A DNA stretch of 64,000 nt from Leucoraja ocellata (GCA_036785375.1 JAWMAR010000258.1:1984001-2048000); one strand, 5' to 3'; shown: positions 34,990 through 48,745, numbered from the stretch's first letter. Numbers and translations: made by a program. Notes: generated by a model from the sequence alone, not told the origin.

Positions 34990-37900
34990 GCCAATTAGCC
35001 AATGTTAGAGACCCCTCCCCGCCCCCCGATGGTGCCTTTGCAAATGAGCGCTATTACAATATATTATAGGGCACCACCCAATCAGAATTAATAGGTTGAT
35101 GCCTTGATGTACCTGAAATCCTCTCCTGTCTGGAGATCTTCTCCTGTACAACGCATATGAATTATGTCGACACCTTGTGCTCTTGAAAAATGGCTTTGAG
35201 AATCTCTTACTGCATTTTCCATCATTCCAACATGGAGAGGTTTGGGTGCAGAACGGTCTATGAATCATGTGCTTGAGTACCAATTCATGCAGCTCAGGAT
35301 ATACTTGTGGGTCTGGTATTTCAGCGTGCATAAATCTGTCAAAATGTCTTGGGCTTGGCTTACTCGCATTGTCAAGCCACATCAATACAATACCATTTAC
35401 CATTTATTTGTCATTTGAACTTCACATGAGGTTCAAGCGAAATTTGGTTTCTTCAGTCATATAAGAAAAGAACCAAGACACACACCAACACAATCTACAC
35501 AAACATCCATCACAGTGAATCTCCTCCTCACTGTGATGGAAGGTAAAGTCTTGTCTCTCCCGTGCTCTCCATTCTTTTCCCGATGTCAAAGTCAAAGCCT
35601 CCGGCGGGCACTAGCAAGTCCGCGACATTTAAAGCCACGCCGGGCGATGTAAGGCCCCGTTCCAGGCCCCTTTCAACCGCGCAATTCGGGCGGGAGAAGT
35701 CGCCGTTGCCGGTGCCCCGCAAAGCGGTCTCCCACCGGGGACCCGCGAGCTCTCGGTGTCACCATCCACCGAAGTCGGGTCGCAGCCGCGCGCCACCGCA
35801 GCTCTCCACGCTCCGAACTCTCCACGCTCCGAAGCCGGCCAGCTCCACGGTGGTAGTTCCGCAGCTCCGCCGGCTCCGTGACTTGAGCCCCCAAGTCGTT
35901 CTGGTTGGAGGCCGCCCCACACTGCTAGACCCCAACGACAACGGAGACCCGACAGGGAAAAGGATGGGTCCCCATGCAGGGAAGAGATTTAAAAGTTTCC
36001 CCTGCCCTCCACACATACACATTTAAAAGCCCACTACAAACTATACCTTCAACGGGACAAAAAATAAAAAAAGACAGACAGACTGCATAGGCTGCTGCGA
36101 CATCGGTCGCCCCAGCCCACCCATCAGACAGTGCAAATGAGGCAGACTTCTCTTCTGATATTCCACAGTCAAGGCGAAAGCTATACAGTTGCCAAAGAGG
36201 CCATGTAGTCCAGTGAGGTAGCTTCCTTTTCAGATCAAATACTCTTGCAATAATGTCTGGTCTATCACACGGCTGCTGATTGTGAAAGAGGCACTGTCAC
36301 GTCTTGCTCCACTTCAGTTTGCAAGTCATCGTAATGAAGAATGAAGCATTGCCATACTTCCGAGCGTACATCCTGGCATCGTTCCATCATGTATCTCGGT
36401 TCATCATCAAATGTTGAGGAGAGGACGATGCACTTTCCGATGTTTTCCAAATCATCATTATAGTTTATTACATCCCTAAGGCCTCTGTAATTTGTTGATC
36501 TCGACGATGCTTGATTCATGCGAATGTAATTGAGCCTATCAGGCTAAATCTTAACTGCCATATCAACAACATATTGTTGAAAGAGTCATCCTCCTCTGAA
36601 AAGGTGGTTTAATTCATTATCATGATTCCTGATCCTATAGACATAATATCACATTGCTGTCAATATCTTGTGCTTACTCATTTGGAGTTGGTGATGCCAT
36701 CCATCATCTCCAAGTGGAGATAAAAGTACGTATTGAAAACTGTCACACGACCTATTAGACTCTGAAATGGTTTTCTGGCATTCTCCTCCTTCTTTCAAGA
36801 CAATGTGCCATGATATTGCCTGAGGGTCATTATCGTTTGGTATTACAACTGCAACTTCATTGGCAATTTGTGCGAAGCTGGCTGATGATCTGGATGAATG
36901 ATGATTGATGTCTGGTAAACCTCAAATTCTTTCCTTCGCTATTTTAAGTATTTCAATGTAATTGTTTTGTCTTAGCAAGGTTTCAAGTATTGCAACAATT
37001 TCCCTCTGAATACCAGCATTTTGCAGTATACCCATTCGCAATTCAATGCTATCTTGGGGGTCCATAAAATAGATCTGCAAGAAACGACTATGCTGGTGTA
37101 GTTCAGGCCAAGGTAATGATGAATCTGGCCATGAATGATTACTGAAGGATTCCATCCAGGTGGCACCACTTCCTTGGCACCAAATGACGTCTGTAGAGAC
37201 AGTTGTAGTGTCAATTATTCTCTCTGAACTCGTTTGCTTGTGGCGTGTCAAATGTATACAGTCTCAGGCAGTGACAGCAGAGGAGCCATGTTCACCTGAC
37301 CCTTCATGCAGCAAAAGTTGGCAGTTTCTCCAGAGAAACGGTACACACAACACCGAGGGCAAACATTGCTCATTTTGCCAACATCAGCAGAAAGATTTCT
37401 CCTTGTGAGTTGTACATTTCATCTTGTTGTTGCTCTGGCCCAGTGTTCAGCCAATCTTCTAGTTCTTTTCAACTCCCATCCCTTTATCCCTTCTTCTTTG
37501 CATCATTTCTCGTTGATCCTCTAGAAATTCAGTTGTTTCTTATTGCGTCTCTTCATCCCTTCTTTTTTGCGTTCTTTCTCGATCTTCCTTGAGACATTCA
37601 GTTCTTTCTTGTGGCAACTTTTGTTCCCTTTTTTGTGTTCTTTCTCGCTGATCCTCGAGATATTCACATCTTTTTTTGTTGCGACTCTTCACCGCAACTG
37701 CGTTGCGTTCTTTCTCGTTGGTCTGCAAGACATTGCGTTGTCTCTAGTTGCGTTCCTTGTTCCCTTCTGTTCTTTGCTGCTTCTCATAGAAACATAGAAA
37801 TTAGGTGCAGGAGTAGGCCATTCGGCCCTTCGAGCATGCACCGCCATTCAATATGATTATGGCTGATCATCCAACTCAGTATCCCGTACCTGCCTTCTCT

Positions 37901-39732
37901 CCATACCCTCTGATCCCCTTAGCCACAAGGGCCACATCTAACTCCCACTTAAATATAGCCAATGAACTGGCCTCGACTACCCTCTGCGGCAGAGAGTTCC
38001 AGAGATTCACCACTCTGAAAGTTCCAAAAAGTTCTTCTCATCTCGGTTTTAAAGGATTTCCCCCTTATCCTTAAGCTGTGACCCCTTGTCCTGGGCTTCC
38101 CCAACATCGGGAGCAATCTTCCTGCATCTAGCCTGTCCAACCCCTTAAGAATTGTGTAAGTTTCTATAAGATCCCCCTCTCAATCTCCTAAATTCTAGAA
38201 AGTATAAACCAAGTCTATCCAGTCTTTCTTCATAAGACAGTCCTGACATCCCAGGAATCAGTCTGGTGAACCTTCTCTGCACTCCCTCTATGGCAATAAT
38301 GTCCTTCCTCAGATGTGGAGACCAAAACTGTACGCAATACTCCAGGTGTGGTCTCACCAAGACCCTGTGCAACTGCAGTAGAACCTCCCTGCTCCTATAC
38401 TCAAATCCTTTTGCTATGAAAGCTAACATACCATTCTCAACGTCCATTTGCGTTGTTCCTTGACCATCCTCCAGCTCTTTATCTCCCTCTTCTTGGCATT
38501 ATGTTGAAAAAGCAGTCTATACACAATTCATGAATAAGCACTGCCCAAGCAGCTATGGCTAGCCTGCAGTCCTGGATTTCTTCTTTTTGTCTTGTTAGAT
38601 GTATGTTTTAGTTTATTTTTAGTTGTGTATATGTTGGGTGTGGGGTGGAGGGGAATCTTTTTTTAAATCTCTTCCTTCAACGGGGGCGCAACCTTTTCCT
38701 TGTCTTATCTCCATTTGCACTGAGGCCCAACATCGTGGAGTTGGAGTTGACCTTGGGGGCTCCGGTCATAGAGCCTGTGGTCTTTTACCATCATATAGGT
38801 GGTTGACTTCAGAGGTTGTGGTGGCGCTGTGACTGCGGCCCAACTTCGGAGCTTCAGGGGGCTTCGGAGGCTTCGGCCGAGAGCCCTGTGGTGTGTAATA
38901 TCGGGAGCTCGCAGGTCCCTGGTTGGTGGCCGATTTTCGGGAGCTCCCGCAAAAACAGCTTCATCCGCCCCAAATTGTGGGGTTTGAATTGGCTCGTTCG
39001 CGGGGCCTTTCATCGCCTGGCATGGGTGGAAATCGGCCGTGGCATCTTCCATGGCCCGGCGGGGGCTTCAACATCGAGAGCCTCGATCAGCTCAATGCAG
39101 CAGTTTGACTGACTGATCGCGGGAGAAGAAGCAGGAAAGTGATTAGACGTTTTGCCTTCCATCGGAGTGAGGAGATGCCTTGATATTCACTGTGATAGAT
39201 GTCTGTGTTAAATTGTGCTTATTGTGTGTTTTATTGCATTTTACGGTCTGGACTGCATGGTAAAATCATTCTACTGTACACTGTGGTGCATGTGGCAAAT
39301 AAAATTGAACTTGAACTTGAATTAACCACCATCGGTCTCATTTCCCCAGCAGGGGGGCGATAAGCGGGGGCTGTTGTGAGGGGGGGGGGTCTTGAGACAG
39401 AGGCTGTCGGGGGGGGGGGGGGGCTTGAAGTGGAGCTATCGGGGCAGGGAGCATGCTGGAGCCGAAGGAGGGGAGGGGAGGGGGGGAAGGGGGGTGGGAG
39501 GGTGGAGTCAAGTGGGGGCGCTGTTTTATTTTATTTTTTACTTTTAAACGTCAATATCTTACAAAATATACCATCAATTTGAACGTGACTCGTTTCATTT
39601 ACATCACAGTACAATGTGAGTAAGGTGGGCCAAAATGGTAGCGCTATCCTTTTCCGTTTTTGAGCAAATTGAGGTAAAACAAAAAAACAATTCACCAAAA
39701 AACAAACAAGATGACAGTTTCAGTAATATAGA
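34990..39732 (-). mobile_element. Decayed autonomous Helitron (RepHel N-terminus and Rep region) with nested repeats
   Basis: 5' end a|TCTATATTACTGAAA at 39732. Fragments CPRC...GETANFCCMKG, IHGQIHH...FLQIYFMD, ANEVAVVI, LFQQYVVDM, PRYMMERCQD and AEIPDP..YPELHELVLKHMIH, with many stops. Helicase domain and 3' end not found. Confidence 0.88.
37787..38435 (-). mobile_element. CR1 3' fragment inserted into the Helitron remnant
   Basis: [16 protein letters not shown] and (TTTCTATG)n tail; the Helitron sequence resumes on both sides. Confidence 0.93.
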
Positions 39733-42394
39733 TATCTATGGCAAATGTTGTTATCTACTTTGCATATATTTAGCTAGCTTACCTTCAGTCCATCACGCTT
39801 CCAATCCTCTAGCTTCCCACTCATCTTTGCCATATTATATGCCTTCTCCTTTGCATTTATGTTTTCTTTGACTTCCTTTACTAGCAGCGATCGCTTCATT
39901 CTCCCTTTAATATGTTTCTTCCTCTTTGGGATGGATATATGCTGCATCTTCCAAATTTCTTCAGAAACCCCTGTAATTGCTGATCCACCGTCATCCCTGC
40001 GAGGGTTCCTTTCAAGCAATTTTAATCATATCCTCGCTCATAGCTCCATTGTTACCTTTCCTCAACAGTAACACCGACACGCCCTATTCTAACGTCTCCA
40101 TTTCAACCTGCAGGTTGGCATCTATCAATCCCCGATTACTGCCTCTTGGTGGTTCCTTCACCAGCCATGATCATATTGAATGGCGGTGCAGGCTCGAAGG
40201 GCCGAATGGCCTACTCCTGCACCTAATTTCTATGTTCTATGTTTCTATGAACTATAAATCCAGAATTGCCTTTTCCCTACGGTGCACGACCACGAGCTGC
40301 TCCAGGAAGCCATAACAAAAAAAAACACTTCAATTTATCAAAAGCAAGTCCCACGGGCAACTGCTCCAGTCACTCTACCATCTGAAATATCTTGTTCACC
40401 AGCCTGAGTGTACTTTTCACCATTAACATTGCAAACAACATTCACCATTCAAGAAAGTTTATTGTCATGTGTCCCAGATAGGACAATGAAATTCTTGCTT
40501 TGCTTCAGCACAACAGAACATAGTAGGCATGAATACAGAACAGATCAGTGTGTCCATATACCATTATAGATACAACAGATAAAGTGCGTAAATCTGTAAT
40601 CATCGTGCAATCCGTAAATCACAGCTCCCATTATCTATCTAAATCCAAATTTCCTATGCATTTAAAGACGAGCGAAAGCTCCGACACTAATCCTTGTCTT
40701 ATACCACTGACTACTGTCTTCAGGTCACTAAAACAACACTCCCCGTGAAGACCAACTTTTTCTATTGAATTGTGCAGCATTTGCTGGTGAATTTGTAGAT
40801 GACATCAAAATAGTTTTTTCAACGGTGGAGGCTGATAGATGTCAAGACAAACCCTGTTTCAGGGAGTTAATAGGGAACAGGTTTCCTGGGGCTGGTTACA
40901 AAGTGGGGCTAATTACAAAGGGCATGGAGTCAGATATGGGCGAAGGTGGAGAAACTGCTGAAACCACCACCCGGAGTACTTGTAACTTTGTCAAAGATTG
41001 ATTGCACCACCGATGGGCTGACTTGCACGGTCTTGCACGCCATACTGTAGGAATGCTGAATTGCATTGAGGAGGATGTCTCACATTTTGCTTGGGCAGCT
41101 CCAAGCCCAGTGGTATGAATATTAATGTAACTCCCTTCAAGTAACGCCGGCATTCCCTCTCTCTCTCTCTATCCCTCCCGCACCCAAGTCGCACTCGCTT
41201 CTCAATTTCACCCAACAAACAGCTAACATTGGCATGTTTCCTTGATCAGCCATGATCACATTGAATGGCGGTGCTGTCTCGAAGGGCCGAATGGCCTACT
41301 CCTGCACCTATTGTCTATTGTCTAGTGTCCTTTATCACCGTTAATATTTTGCATATATTTCATTCATTGTTTTATCTCAATATCTCTCGTTTCCTTTATC
41401 CCTAACTAATCTGAAGAAAGGTCTCACCCGAAACGTCACCCATTCCTGCTCTCCAGAGATGCTGCCTGTCCCGCTGAGTAACTTCAACTTTTGTGTCTAT
41501 TTTCAGAGAGTAGTTTATCTTGGCTTTTTACATTCGCCATAGACAATGTGGGCCAAATATGTCCTGTGATACTTCAATATAAAATATTATATATTTTGTA
41601 TTTTATTTTATATTATAACAATATATTATTCAACAATACATCACTTGAGAAAAGGCTCAAAGCTTTCATCACTCTGCACTCCCAGCGGCAGTAGGGCTCT
41701 CACAGAGAAACAGTGGAAATTGGCCCTTCAGCATAACCTGCCCACACGTCCCAGCTACACTAGTCATAGAGTGATACAGTGTGGAAACAGGCCCTTCAGC
41801 CCAACTTGCCCGCACCAGCTAACATGTCCCAGCTACACTAGTCAGAGTCATAGTGGTACAGTGTGGAAACTGGCTTTCAGCCCAACTTGCTCACACGTCC
41901 CAGCTACAGTAGTCATAGAGTGATACAGTGTGGAAACAGGCCCTTCAGCCCAACTTGTCCACACCAACCAACATGTCCCACCTTGTATAAATATATATAA
42001 AAAAAACAATATAAACATTATAAAACAGAGATACTTCAATATAAAATCTCGGTTCCCATCAAGAAAATACGTAAACATTGTAACCCACGTAGTTTCCTTG
42101 ATGATCCAATGACTTTTAACCAACGCCAGTTTACACATTAAATTATGTGGTAACAGTGAAATTAGAAATTTGACAGAATGTAGCAGCGCGTCAAAAGGGA
42201 CAATGCATTAGGTGCACATGAGTACAGGTCTGTCTTCAACATTCGGGCCATTATTGCCGCCTGGCTCATATTATGCAATCCCACAGTGTAGCAAAACATA
42301 CCTCATTACATTCGCCAGCAAACATGAATGACGTAACGTCGTCAAAACAACAGCAAAGGTCGAACTGTGCAGAATGGTTTCAAGGTTGAGCGGG

Positions 42395-42414
42395 CAATAG
42401 CGGGCGGGTATAAA
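42395..42414 (+). promoter_or_regulatory. Core promoter of the GPR139-like gene (CAAT, GC box, TATAAA)
   Basis: CAAT at 42395, GGGCGG at 42402 and TATAAA at 42409-42414, about 85 nt upstream of the ATG; CRE-like TGACGTAA near 42329. Confidence 0.6.
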
Positions 42415-42497
42415 GTAATCATCATGGAGCGGCACTTGCTCAGAGGCCAACTTAGGGCGAGCGAGTAGACTGGGAAACAGATTGCTTCTCGGACAAC

Positions 42498-42564
42498 ATG
42501 CGTGCCACATTTTACAGCGTGAGAAAAATATGTTATGTGATCTTTGCCGTTGTTGGAGTTCCTG
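42498..42564 (+). CDS. GPR139-like class A GPCR, exon 1 (MRATFYSVRKICYVIFAVVGVP)
   Basis: aacATG, 67 nt, G|GTAAGA donor, phase 1; completes TM1 (GVP-VN) with exon 2. Confidence 0.88.
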
Positions 42565-44814
42565 GTAAGAACATTAGCAACATACATTTTGTCATTTTGT
42601 TGGTACGAGTGTATCATTCTACGGACTCGTCCTGTCCCCGACGGGTATTGTATTAGAGATAGATCCGTAAACAATGCGTGGATGTCTGTAACAAAAATTC
42701 ATTGCACGTCAGGAAGCGGCAAATGTGATTTATTCGGTTGTATCGGTTGAAAATAAACTAACAGTTGAAAACAGCCGCACGGAGGAAGTGGTGGGAGAAG
42801 GTTTGGTTTGCAAACTCGTGGCATGCGCTAGAGGAGTTATGATTACGATTTAAACTCCGGTAATTCGGTAACCACCGGACTTCGATGGACGCGGAGCTGG
42901 CTTTTATTCTTTGTCGGTGCCACAATATACTTTAATTTCGTAGCTAAATGTCTAATAAAGTATTATAAGATGTGTTCCAGAGATGTCAGTAAGTTTGAAA
43001 ATAGCTAGATGCAGGAAGATTGTTCCCGATGTTGGGGAAGTCCAGAACAAGGGGTCACAGTTTAAGGACGAGGGGGGAGTATTTTAGGACCGAGATGAGA
43101 AAAACATTTTTCACAGAGAGAGTGGCGAATCTGTGGAATTCTCTGCCACAGAATGTAGTTGAGGCCAGTTCATTGGCTATATTTAAAAGGGTTAGATGTG
43201 GCCCTTGTGGCTAAAGGGATCAGGGGATATGGAGAGAAGGCAGGTACAGGATACTGAGTTGGATGATCAGCCATGATCATATTGAGTGGCGGTGCAGGCT
43301 CGAAGGGACGAATGGCCAACTCCTGCACCAATTTTCTATGTTTCTAGCTGAGGATTTAGAGGGCACGCGCATTTCATGGGAGCAAGGGATAGATTACCTG
43401 TAGACATAATGCTAGAGTAAGTAATTCAGCGAGACAGGCAACATCTCTGGAGGGATGGAATGGGTGACGTTTCGGGTCGTGGCCCTTCTTCAGACCTGTC
43501 AATAGGGATAGTTAATCTATAAATCAGATGACGAACCGTGGGGATTTCCAAATCGGCAGATAACAGATAATCCTTAGGTAGACAAAATAGATGGAGAAAC
43601 TCAGCGGGTGCAGCAGCATCTATGGAGCGAAGGAAATAGGCAACGTTTCGGGCCGAAACCCTTCTTCAGATTCAGGGTCAGCGAGGCGTGGACAGTTAGA
43701 ATGACAAGGAAGAAGAGACGTAGAAACATAGAAACATAGAAAATAGGTGCCATTCGGCCCTTCGAGCCAGCACCGCCATTCAATATGTTGTTTCAATATG
43801 TTGTCGTATTAGATCTGACTTTGTTTCCACACGCGGTGGCCCAGTGATATAGCTACCGCCTAAAAGCCGTAGAGATCCGGGTTCGATCCTGACTACGGGT
43901 GCTGTCTGCTCGGAGTTTGTATGTTCTCCCTGTGACCCGCGTGGGTTTTCTGTGGGAGTTGCGGTTTCCGAACACTTACAGGTTTGGCGGCTAATTGGCT
44001 TGTTATCATTGTAAATTGTCCCCATGATAGTATTAGTTTGCGGGGGTCGCTGGTCGGCGGGATCGGTGGGCGGAAGGGCCTGTTTCCGTGCAGTATCTGT
44101 ATATCTGACCTAAACTAAACACTTATTAGCCGCAAAGTGAAGAGGTTTAAGGGTTTCGGCTCAGGAGTCTGTTAAAGTTCAGACACCGCAAAAGGTAATG
44201 ATGTATTCATAATAAGTAGATGCAATTGAAACAGGAAATACTGAGCGGGTCACGTAGTATTCGGCTGGAAGGGCCGAATGGCCTACTCCTATTGTCTATT
44301 GTCTTGCCTATTTCCGCAAAGCGAAATTGAGAAAGTGAAAGTGGTCCGCGATCCTTCATCAGCGTTGACAACGAGACCATCGTCCAAAGCTTGAGTCCGT
44401 TATCCAGGCATTAAATACAATGAACTGTAGTTCCGTGAACCACACTATTTAGTTTGACAGTCTTTAGATTGGGGTTTCGGCAGTATGATTCTCACGGATA
44501 CTGATCAGTATCCAGTCGGATTACAATCGATTCTGCAGTTAAAGGGTCTCGACCCGAAACGTCACCTATTTCCTTCGCTCCATAGATGCTGCCTCACCCG
44601 CTGAGTTTCTCCAGCATTTTTGTCTACCTGTACTTGATGGTGCTACTGTACTGGAGAGAAACGGCGGCTGAGAAATACAGGGATTGTCAATGTTAACTAT
44701 AAAACAATGTGTAATATTCCATTTCACTCATGTGATGTGCAACATGTATTTATTGCCTTTTATTCTCAGCCACGTGTGCGATGTCAGAGATTTCGATGAA
44801 ACTAAATGTCAGTA

Positions 44815-45014
44815 NNNNNNNNNNNNNNNNNNNNNNNNNNNNNNNNNNNNNNNNNNNNNNNNNNNNNNNNNNNNNNNNNNNNNNNNNNNNNNNNNNNNNN
44901 NNNNNNNNNNNNNNNNNNNNNNNNNNNNNNNNNNNNNNNNNNNNNNNNNNNNNNNNNNNNNNNNNNNNNNNNNNNNNNNNNNNNNNNNNNNNNNNNNNNN
45001 NNNNNNNNNNNNNN
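44815..45014. other. Assembly gap
   Basis: 200-N run in the GPR139-like intron. Confidence 1.
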
Positions 45015-45192
45015 GGCAGGAGTTGATATGGGAGAGAGGGGGGTGGTGGGGGGACTTGGTGCCGAGATAGATCTGGGTGTCATCAGCATAGCAATGGAAG
45101 TCCAGTTTGAAGTGACGGAGTATATGACCAAGGGGGAGGATGTAGATGATGAAGAGGACGGGACCGAGAACAGAGCCTTGGGGAACGCCTTG
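45015..45192 (-). mobile_element. L2-type RT fragment
   Basis: Minus-strand VPQGSVLGP...LPLG...[12 protein letters not shown]. Confidence 0.7.
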
Positions 45193-45559
45193 ATAAGGAT
45201 AAGGGGGAAATCTTTTAGGACCGAGATGAGGAAAACATTTTTCACACAGAGAGTGGTGAATCTCTGGAATTCTCTGCCACAGAATGTAGTTGAGGCCAGT
45301 TCACTGGCTATATTTAAGAGGGGGTTAGATGTGGATCTTGTGGCTAAAGGGATCAGGGGGTATGGAGAGAAGGCAGGTACAGGATACTGAGTTGGATGAT
45401 CAGCCATGATCATATTGAATGGCGGTGCAGGCTCGAAGGGCCGAATGGCCTACTCCTGCACCTATTTTCTATGTTTCTATGTTAGGCTGTAAGCTAATCA
45501 AACGGAACATGAGATGCTGATCCTCCCGTTTGCATGTGGCCTCATTCTGCCAATGGGAG

Positions 45560-46230
45560 GGGTGTTGCATCTCCTGCTTCTCCATGGGGGGGGGGGGGGG
45601 GAGTTAGATCCCCCTCCCCCCAGAAGGAGCAATGATAAAATTCCCCTGGTCCATACCTTTTATCGTACCGGCCTCCGCATACAACACAACATTCTCCGAC
45701 AGTTTCAACACCTCCAACGTGATCCCGCCACTAGTCACATCTCCCACCCTCTCCCGATTCCACTTTCCCCAGGGACTCCTCCCTCTGCAACTCCTTGGTT
45801 TACGCATCCTTCCCATTCACCCCCCAGCCCCTCCCCGGGCACTTACCCCAACCACAGTAGGAGATGCGTCACATGACCTCCTCTCTCTACTCCATCCAGG
45901 GACCCCGGCAGTTCGTCCAGATAAGACAGTGGTTCACGAGTAACTCCTCTATCCTCATCTACTGCATCCAGTGTTCCCGGCGTGGCCTCCTTCACGTTGT
46001 CGAGACCAAGCATAGATTCGGCAACAGTTTTACCGAACACTTCCACTCGGCCCGCCAAGGCGTACTGGATCTCCCGGTTGCTATTCACATCAAACCCCTT
46101 TTCCTTCACCATACCGACCCTTCTGTCTCAGACCTCCTCCTTTGCCAGTGTGAGGTCACACGAAATTAGTAGAAACAGCACCTCATATCCCGCTTGAGCA
46201 GCCTGCAACCCAACCGTATAAATTGAACTG
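45560..46230 (+). mobile_element. Penelope-like element GIY-YIG endonuclease remnant
   Basis: IQGP...IRQWFTSNSSILIYCIQCSRRGLLHVVETKHRFGNSFTEH. Related pieces at about 1380-1950, 41030-41495 and 61640-63150. Confidence 0.85.
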
Positions 46231-46309
46231 TCAATTTTAGATAACTAGCCTACAACACCCCCCCCCCCCCCCTCCCCCCATCCAACCCTGACTCGTACCT
46301 ACGTCAAAC

Positions 46310-47578
46310 TGTTGGTCTGAGTCAGCATGGATTTATGAAAGGGAAATCATGCTTGACTAATCTTCTTGAATTTTTTGAGGATGAATCAAATAGATTGCAT
46401 AAGGGAAAGCCAGTGGATGTGATGTATCTGGACTTTCAAAAGCCTCTGACAAGGTCCCACACAAAAGATTAGTGTGCACATTTATAGCACAAGGTAGGGT
46501 ATTGGCGGTGGATAGATAACTGATTGGCAGACAGGAAACAAAGAGTAGGAATTAACGGGTCATTTTCAGTATGGCAGGCAGTGACTAGTGGGATGCCGTA
46601 AGGCTCGGTGCTGGTATCTCAGTTGTTTACAATATATATTAATGGTTTAAACGAGGGGACTAAATGTAACAACTCTAAGTTTGCAGATGATACAAAGCTG
46701 GGTGGCAGTGTGCGCTGTGAGGATGATGCTATGAGGCTGCAGGGTGACGGATAGGATGGGTGAGTGGGCAGAAGCATGGCAGATGCAGTATAATGTGGAT
46801 ACATGTGAGGTTATCCACCTTGGTGGCAAGAACAGGAAGGCAGATTATTGTCTGAATGGAGGCAGATAAGGAGAAGGGGAGGTGCAACGAAACCTGGGTG
46901 TCCTTGTATATCAGTCACTGAAAGAAAGCATGCAATTACAGCAAGCAGTGAAGAAAGCTAATGGCATGTTGGCCTTCATTGCGAGAGGATTTGAGATGAG
47001 TTGATTTGCGCTCAGGAGCAAGGAGGTCCAACTGAAGTTGTACACGGCCCTGGTGAGACCACACCTGGAGTACTGTGTGCAATTTTGGTCTTCTAATGTG
47101 AGGAAGGACATAACTGCTTTTGAGTGAGTGCAGCGTATGTTCACCAGGTTAATTCCCGAGATGGCGGGACTGCCATATGATGAAAGAATGGGTCGAATGG
47201 GCTTGTATTCGCTGGCATTTAGAAGGACCAGAGGGGATCTTACAGAAACATATAACATTCTTAGAGGATTGGACAGGGTATGATGCGGGAAAAATGTTCC
47301 CCATGTTGGGGGAATCCAGAACCAGGGGCCACAGTTTAAGAATAAGGGGCCGGCCATTTAGGACTGAGATGAGGAAAAACGTTTTCACCCAGAGTTGTGA
47401 ATCTGTGGAATTTTCTGCCACATGCGGTGGAGGCCAATTCACTGGATGTTTTTAAGAGAGAGTTAGTTTTAGCTCATATCGGGGTACTGATATTGGACAA
47501 TCATCCTTGATCATATTGAATGGCGGTGCTGGCTCGAAGGGCCGAATGGCACCTATTTTCTATGTTTCTATGTTTCTA
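46310..47578 (+). mobile_element. Degenerate CR1 RT fragment
   Basis: QHGF.KGKSCLTNL and FADD motifs with stops and frameshifts. Confidence 0.9.
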
Positions 47579-47834
47579 CGTCTCTTCATCCTTGTCGTCA
47601 TTCTAAATGTTCACGCCTCGCTGACCCTGGATCTGAAGAAGGGTTTCGGCCCGAAACGTTGCCTATTTCCTTCGCTCCATAGATGCTGCTGCACCTGCTG
47701 AGTTTCTCCAGCACTTTTGTGGACCGTGAATCAAAGTTTGACTGTAGAGTCAAAGTCAGCCAAAACCGTCTGGCCGGTCGCCCGGTGACTGAGATGAGAA
47801 TAGTTTCAGTAATTGTTTCAATTTGTTTTTCCAG

Positions 47835-48745
47835 TGAATTTAGTGGCGATAGCGATCCTGTCCCGGGGGAAGTGCGGCCTCTCCACCTGCACCACTCGCT
47901 ACCTGGTGGCCATGGCAGCGGCCGATCTGTTGACCATCGTTACCGAAGTCATACTGTGGCGAATCAGTTACTATTACTTTCGTGGGACGTTCCTGGACAT
48001 GACGCCTGTTTGTAGTGTAATTGCCGTACTGCTGAACGCAGCAGTACAATGCTCTGTCTGGTTCACCGTTGCATTCACCTTTGACCGCTTTGTTGCCATT
48101 TGCTGGCAGAAGTTGAAACCAAAATATTGCACCGCCAAAACAGCGGCCGCGGTTGTGGCAACAACTGGTGTCCTGCTCTGTCTGAAAAACATCCCCGTCT
48201 ACTTTACTCAAGAGCCGTCCAGGGTGGTCGACAGCGTTCCCTGGGACTGTTTCGAGAAGCCGAGTTACTTTACTAATCGCTGGTGGGTGGCATTTGACTG
48301 GATGGACACTATCCTGACACCTTTGCTCCCGTTCGCGTTCATTCTGTTGCTCAACGCTCTGACAGTCAGATACATTTTAGTGGCCAATCGCGTCCGTCAG
48401 GGATTAAAGGCCCCAAACAACGGGGAGGCCAGCAGAGACCCGGAAATGCAGAGCAGGAGGAAGTCCATGATCCTGCTCTTCACCATATCCGGCAGTTTCA
48501 TCCTCCTGTGGCTGCTGCACGTTGTTGAATTCCTTTACTACACAATTGCCAGGGCGGATCCCAACAATTACAGCGATCGGGAACACATATTCTCACAGTC
48601 AGGATACATGTTACGGACATTAAGTTGCTGCACGAATACCTTTATTTATGGAGTGACTCAGTCCAAGTTTAGAGAGCAATTCATGAATGCAGCAAAATAT
48701 CCATTCACGTCAATTGTTCATTTAATGAATAGACTAAGCAAATGA
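47835..48745 (+). CDS. GPR139-like class A GPCR, exon 2 (325 aa in total)
   Basis: tttttccAG acceptor. VNLVAIAILSRGKCGLS...YLVAMAAADLL, SVWFTVAFTFDRFVAIC, DPEMQSRRKSMILLF, LSCCTNTFIY; intact to TGA. Confidence 0.93.

Noticed and set aside
41700-41980. Repeat-spacer-like array (CRISPR-like)
   Set aside because: Tandemly amplified CR1/SINE 3' tail units in eukaryotic DNA; no unique spacers or cas genes.
42271-42674. Minus-strand ORFs suggesting a second GPCR or pseudogene
   Set aside because: The region is explained by the plus-strand promoter and exon 1 of the GPR139-like gene.
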